DNA of 64,000 nt, from NCBI GenBank assembly GCA_021158465.1, contig JAGGUN010000027.1, forward strand, positions 369-64,368, given 5' to 3'. The stretch is from a bacterium. Its GTDB lineage: Bacteria > UBP14 > UBA6098 > 4484-93. Position 1 is the stretch's first letter. Every line of letters starts with the position of its first letter. Shown here piece by piece: positions 60,168 to 64,000 of this stretch. The notes under the pieces are model-generated. The model saw nothing but the letters and a program-made list of their open reading frames with translations, was not told the origin of the DNA and ran no database searches. A program made the translations under genes and the position numbers.

Positions 60168-60865
60168 AAGTGCGACCTCTCCGCCGTCCTCATAACGGTT
60201 CGGGCAAACTTGAACGGTGCCAGAATATCCCCTGTTTTCGCAATCTTGACAACAGCAGATAACGGAACATAAACCATTGAAGAACCCCTTGGTGTCAATA
60301 TCCTCCTCGGAGAACTCATAAGAGCATTTTTCAGGTTGCACTCGGTCATATCCCCGTCAAAATCAAGCTCAACAATTGTCCTGAATAACTCGCATTCGAA
60401 GTGAGCATCTATCCCGGAGAGCGCAGGTTTGCCAAACCTTCTTGCAAGATTATATGCCTTCCTGTTATCCGAGGGTAATACCCTTGCATTGTAAGTCTCG
60501 ATCATATCGCAAGACCTTACCAAATCTTCCGTCAAGATGTGCGCCCTATACGGGTGAGCAAGAAGCGTTATCCCACCCTGCTTATGCACCTCACAGATAA
60601 AATCCTCCCACCTCCGGCTCTTTATCTCATCCCTTATGAAGATCGCTATGATGTCACCCGCATCGGTCAGGTATTCCGCTGCAATCGGAATGATAATACC
60701 TGTGTCATTTATCTTGTTTGCCATAACGGAACCCGCTATCGTGTCGTGGTCGGAGATTATGAGTAGGTCAATCCGCTCTTCCTTTGCCCTTTTAAGAACC
60801 TCAACAATCGAGAGATACGAGTCGTAGGAGAAATGCGTATGTATGTGCGATGCAACCCTTATCAT
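60164..60865 (-). CDS. PHP-domain metal-dependent phosphoesterase (CpsB/YwqE-like)
   Basis: MIRVASHIHTHFSYDS...LLIISDHDTIAG (PHP H-x-H and DHD motifs). Confidence 0.6.
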   Translation of the reverse strand: MIRVASHIHTHFSYDSYLSIVEVLKRAKEERIDLLIISDHDTIAGSVMANKINDTGIIIPIAAEYLTDAGDIIAIFIRDEIKSRRWEDFICEVHKQGGITLLAHPYRAHILTEDLVRSCDMIETYNARVLPSDNRKAYNLARRFGKPALSGIDAHFECELFRTIVELDFDGDMTECNLKNALMSSPRRILTPRGSSMVYVPLSAVVKIAKTGDILAPFKFARTVMRTAERSHL

Positions 60866-62142
60866 CTTCCGATAAAGAACGAGAGTTTAACCTTATTTAT
60901 CTTCAGAAATCCTATAAAATATATAATAAATGTCGGGATAAATGAGATGCTCGATGCAACACCTGCACCGACGATGCCATATCTCGGTATCAAGAAAAAG
61001 TTCAAAGGGATGTTGAGAGCCAGCCCGACAACTGTTCCAACAGGATGATACCAAGGATACCCCTTCCCAGCGAGGTTCTCGGCAAGTGGTGATGTAACAG
61101 TCTGCAGTATCACCCTCGGTGTGAGCGCAAGTAGCGCAGGATAAGAGGCAATGAACCTCTCTCCAAACAGACCACCGATTAACCACTTAAAGAACCAAGG
61201 CAAAGCAAAGACGAGCATTCCAGTGACAACAGAGATAGAACCAAATACCCAGAAAAGCTTGCGGACAAGGAAAAGCGTCTTTCCCGTTTTATCCGATGAT
61301 ACCTTGGGGAAGAGAACAATCCCTGCGTATTTGGGCAATCGTCCTGCCATCTCGATAAGGTTCACGGCAAGAGCATACAGTCCGACATCGTATGCCCCAC
61401 CACCGAGATATGCGATAAGATAAAAATCTGAACGGAGAAGCAGTAGACCAGCTAAGTTGGAGACGAGTGACCGTGAACCGGTGGAAAGCAACTGCCCAAC
61501 AAACCATCTCGCTTCCCTGCCAAAATCCAAGACAATCTTGAACCCCTTCTGAAAAAGATAGAGGTTCGCAACAAAAACAACCACGAACGAGAGGACAGCA
61601 GAAGAAAGAGCGGTCGTCACGGTAAGCCTACCCGTGAAGTAGAGCAGAACTATCGCCGGAACATAGACAAAAAGAAGCCTAAACAGAGCAGAAAGGTTAT
61701 ATACAACAAACTCTTGCAAGCCGAGAAAGATTGTCCTTATGTTCGTATTCCAGATGGTAAGAAGCGTAAAGAAGAAAAGCAAAATCCGCCAGTAGGGGTG
61801 GATGACAATATCGCTTTTGGGGAAAAGAAGCCTGACAATTCCATTCCCCCAGAAACCGACGAGAAACGCCAAAACAGCAGCAGATACCAAACCTATCAAA
61901 ACCGAAGCAGAGAATATCTGGGAGAGCTTCTCCCTATGTCCTCCGATGTGGACGACAAGCGAGCCCGAGAGCCCAAACCCCAAAACCAGCGCAAGAATTC
62001 CACCGGTCGAAAGTATAAGCGACAACGCTCCCTTCCCGGCAGGACCGAGTGCACGAGCAACGAGAATAGATGCTACAAAGTTTAAGGCGAGTATCGCTAC
62101 CTGCGTGCCGGTCGTCAAAAGAAAGGCATGGCGAAACCTCAA
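60862..62142 (-). CDS. Polysaccharide biosynthesis protein / Wzx-like oligosaccharide flippase (MOP superfamily)
   Basis: About 12 TM helices. N-terminus MRFRHAFLLTTGTQVAILALNFVASILVARALGPAGKGALSLI is typical of Wzx/RfbX. Confidence 0.7.
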   Translation of the reverse strand: MRFRHAFLLTTGTQVAILALNFVASILVARALGPAGKGALSLILSTGGILALVLGFGLSGSLVVHIGGHREKLSQIFSASVLIGLVSAAVLAFLVGFWGNGIVRLLFPKSDIVIHPYWRILLFFFTLLTIWNTNIRTIFLGLQEFVVYNLSALFRLLFVYVPAIVLLYFTGRLTVTTALSSAVLSFVVVFVANLYLFQKGFKIVLDFGREARWFVGQLLSTGSRSLVSNLAGLLLLRSDFYLIAYLGGGAYDVGLYALAVNLIEMAGRLPKYAGIVLFPKVSSDKTGKTLFLVRKLFWVFGSISVVTGMLVFALPWFFKWLIGGLFGERFIASYPALLALTPRVILQTVTSPLAENLAGKGYPWYHPVGTVVGLALNIPLNFFLIPRYGIVGAGVASSISFIPTFIIYFIGFLKINKVKLSFFIGR

Positions 62143-62855
62143 ACCTGCCCCCCAATAAGGTCATCCATAGTGTAATACCCCGGTGGCTTGCCTGCCAGAA
62201 ACCGAACCGCACGGAGCGCACCATCGGCGAATACCCTCCGCGAAATAGCACGATGCGAAAGAGAAAGTAGCTCATTCCCGCAACCGAATATCACCCTGTG
62301 GTCACCAGGAACCTCACCCAATCTGAGCGAGTGAACGGGAATCTGCTCTTTTTTCTTCTCCTCTATAACCTGCGCAAGCATCTTTGCCGTCCCACTCGGA
62401 GCATCCTTCTTGTGGATATGATGAACCTCTTCTATCTCAATCTGAGAACCGGGAAGAAGTTCAGCCGCAACAGCAACCAACCTCATCAAGACCGCCACTC
62501 CAATGCTAAAATTAAACGATTGAAAAACAGGAATCTCCTTTCCAGCCGTCCTAAACCGCTCAACTTCTTTATCCGTCAAGGATGTGGAACCCGACACAAT
62601 CGGAAGATGGTTCCTCTCACAAAACGACAGCGCATACAATGCTCCCTCTCTGCCCGAAAAGTCGATAACCACATCAACATTAGGAACACTCAAGACATCA
62701 GGCAGGAAAACAGAGACTCTCTCCCCAAGGAAAAAGACTGGAGAAGGCTTCCTGTCAATACCTGCAACAGGTTTTATATCCTGCGTAGCTTCCATCGCCC
62801 GCAATAGCTCATTCCCCATCCTACCAGATATCCCCCAGATTGCAACTCTTATCAT
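62139..62855 (-). CDS. dapB: 4-hydroxy-tetrahydrodipicolinate reductase DapB
   Basis: MIRVAIWGISGRMG (NAD(P)-binding) and E-x-H-H-x-x-K-x-D-x-PSGTA motif (EEVHHIHKKDAPSGTA). Start at ATG 62855. Confidence 0.85.
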   Translation of the reverse strand: MIRVAIWGISGRMGNELLRAMEATQDIKPVAGIDRKPSPVFFLGERVSVFLPDVLSVPNVDVVIDFSGREGALYALSFCERNHLPIVSGSTSLTDKEVERFRTAGKEIPVFQSFNFSIGVAVLMRLVAVAAELLPGSQIEIEEVHHIHKKDAPSGTAKMLAQVIEEKKKEQIPVHSLRLGEVPGDHRVIFGCGNELLSLSHRAISRRVFADGALRAVRFLAGKPPGYYTMDDLIGGQV

Positions 62856-62859
62856 ACCT

Positions 62860-64000
62860 TTACCCTCCATACCTATAAAGCCATCTCGAGGCATATCTTC
62901 TCCTTATGTCATCCTCCGGTGCAAGCTCCAGGAAACGCTGGAAGCTTCTTCTCGTCTTATCCAGCTCACCCAGCCTCGCATACACAACACCAAGGTAGAA
63001 GTGGCTCTCGGGGAAGTCAGGAGAGATACTCACAAGCTTAAGATAGATATTCCTCGCTGATTCGTAATCACCAAGAGCAGCATAGCAAGCTCCAAGAGCA
63101 GATAAGAACTCAGGTGATTTCCTGCCCTCAGATGCAAGCCTTTCCAGCAGTTTCTTCGCCTCGATATAGTTCCCGTTGTTAAAAAAATTTAGTCCTTTAA
63201 CCCAGATATCTTCCAAGGTAACCTTCCGAGAGGCAACCTGCTGCTTCATAGAGTCAATCTTTTCAAGCAAACTATCGGAGCAAATCCTCTCTGCAGTGTC
63301 GATGAGGGCAATCTCCCTCTCTGGATAAACTTTCATACTGTCGAGGCATTCAATCAAGAGCAGAAGGTTATCGCAGTAAGGATTTTCAGTATACGATTTC
63401 TCAGCAAATACGGATGCAAGGTAGAAATCCTTTCTGAAGAAGTATTCCTGCGCAAGCCCGAGATAAAGCGTATCAACAGGTGCTCCGATAAGAGTGAGCC
63501 TTTCAATCTGCCTTTCGGCAAGCCCAAGCTCACCACTGACAAGATGACGCCAGAAGAGATTGTTCAAAAACCGAACGACACCATTCTTATCAGAAAGATT
63601 ATCGACGAGATGATACATCCTGCACCAGGTCCAGTCGGAGGAAAATTCAGTCGACTTCAGCATCTGAGTATCGGGGGATTCACCAAGAAGCACAAGCGAA
63701 GAATAGAGCAGACAAGCAGCAGAATCGGAGGATGGAGAAAGAAAACAGACAAGCGAATCAAGCTTCCCCTGCCGGAAAAGGTTCTTCGCCCGCACAAACT
63801 CCGCATCCTTCTGAGGAACATAAGCAAGCAGATTCTCGGATGCCTCATACGAGCCAAGAACAGAATATATATCCGCCTTCTGGACAGCTACGAGAGAGGA
63901 ATCCTCTGCCTCGGATTCAATCTCAGAAAGCGAAGAGAGCGCCTTAAAATATTCACCACGGATGAGATAATCCCTCACAAGCAGGCGATGCAAACCAATA
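62860..64000 (-). CDS. TPR-repeat protein (5' end beyond window)
   Basis: Multiple TPR units (e.g. SALGACYAALGDYESARNIYLKLVSISPDFPESHFYLGVVYARLGELDKTRRSFQRFLELAPED). The frame is still open at the window edge. Confidence 0.55.
   Translation of the reverse strand, partial: IGLHRLLVRDYLIRGEYFKALSSLSEIESEAEDSSLVAVQKADIYSVLGSYEASENLLAYVPQKDAEFVRAKNLFRQGKLDSLVCFLSPSSDSAACLLYSSLVLLGESPDTQMLKSTEFSSDWTWCRMYHLVDNLSDKNGVVRFLNNLFWRHLVSGELGLAERQIERLTLIGAPVDTLYLGLAQEYFFRKDFYLASVFAEKSYTENPYCDNLLLLIECLDSMKVYPEREIALIDTAERICSDSLLEKIDSMKQQVASRKVTLEDIWVKGLNFFNNGNYIEAKKLLERLASEGRKSPEFLSALGACYAALGDYESARNIYLKLVSISPDFPESHFYLGVVYARLGELDKTRRSFQRFLELAPEDDIRRRYASRWLYRYGG

Noticed and set aside
59040-60341. Cys-rich N-terminal segment (CSVICCCQDCENRGYSGTVQVCPNRY) on the track ORF of the last GT4, which looked like a metal-binding or ribosomally-modified-peptide-like motif
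   Set aside because: It lies in the region overlapping the upstream PHP gene (60164-60865) in another frame. A proper ATG (60167) immediately follows the PHP stop and yields a normal GT4 N-terminus. The Cys-rich part is an artefact of ORF over-extension.
1-64000. CRISPR arrays, tRNA/rRNA genes, transposases/integrases, or diversity-generating retroelements near the repeat-rich secreted proteins
   Set aside because: No short direct-repeat/spacer periodicity, no cloverleaf-compatible intergenic segments (intergenic space is minimal), and no reverse-transcriptase, transposase or integrase-like ORFs were seen. The protein-level repeats (CTDs, InlB repeats) are divergent at the nucleotide level.

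Overview
The window carries three blocks of genes, probably from an FCB-superphylum bacterium; T9SS presence is inferred from repeated type-A C-terminal sorting domains on secreted proteins. No rRNA, tRNA, CRISPR array or mobile element was recognised; protein calls are by eye from the ORF-track translations with no search run; predicted starts often differ from the ORF track because strong Shine-Dalgarno (SD) motifs precede the internal ATG/GTG.

(1) 1-15.7 kb is an accessory secretome island:
- A 5'-truncated InlB-B-repeat protein.
- A gingipain-like C25 protease of about 1400 aa.
- At least four further T9SS cargo proteins.
- A REC-GGDEF regulator convergent with a small Usp / pseudo-receiver / lipoprotein operon.

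(2) 15.7-36.3 kb, minus strand:
- An LptF/G permease.
- An ArsB/NhaD permease with a PTS-EIIA(Ntr)-CBS partner.
- A hairpin terminator after ftsZ.
- A complete, tightly packed dcw cluster (mraZ-rsmH-ftsL-ftsI-murE-murF-[100-aa ORF]-mraY-murD-ftsW-murG-murC-murB-ftsQ-ftsA-ftsZ). It lacks ddl, FtsI ends in PASTA domains, and an uncharacterised small membrane-protein ORF sits exactly between murF and mraY.

(3) 36.6-64 kb:
- A four-subunit pyruvate:ferredoxin oxidoreductase operon (gamma-delta-alpha-beta) divergent from mraZ.
- A P5C dehydrogenase (RocA-like).
- A secreted PA14-like protein with a Kazal inhibitor domain.
- More T9SS cargo, RecG, a lipoprotein and a DUF72 protein.
- A glycan-biosynthesis locus that is tightly spaced (overlapping stops/starts) and co-directional, running without a break into a 900-aa T9SS cargo gene. 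In order it contains a TPR protein, dapB, a Wzx-like flippase, a PHP phosphoesterase, five GT4 glycosyltransferases and an AsnB-like amidotransferase.
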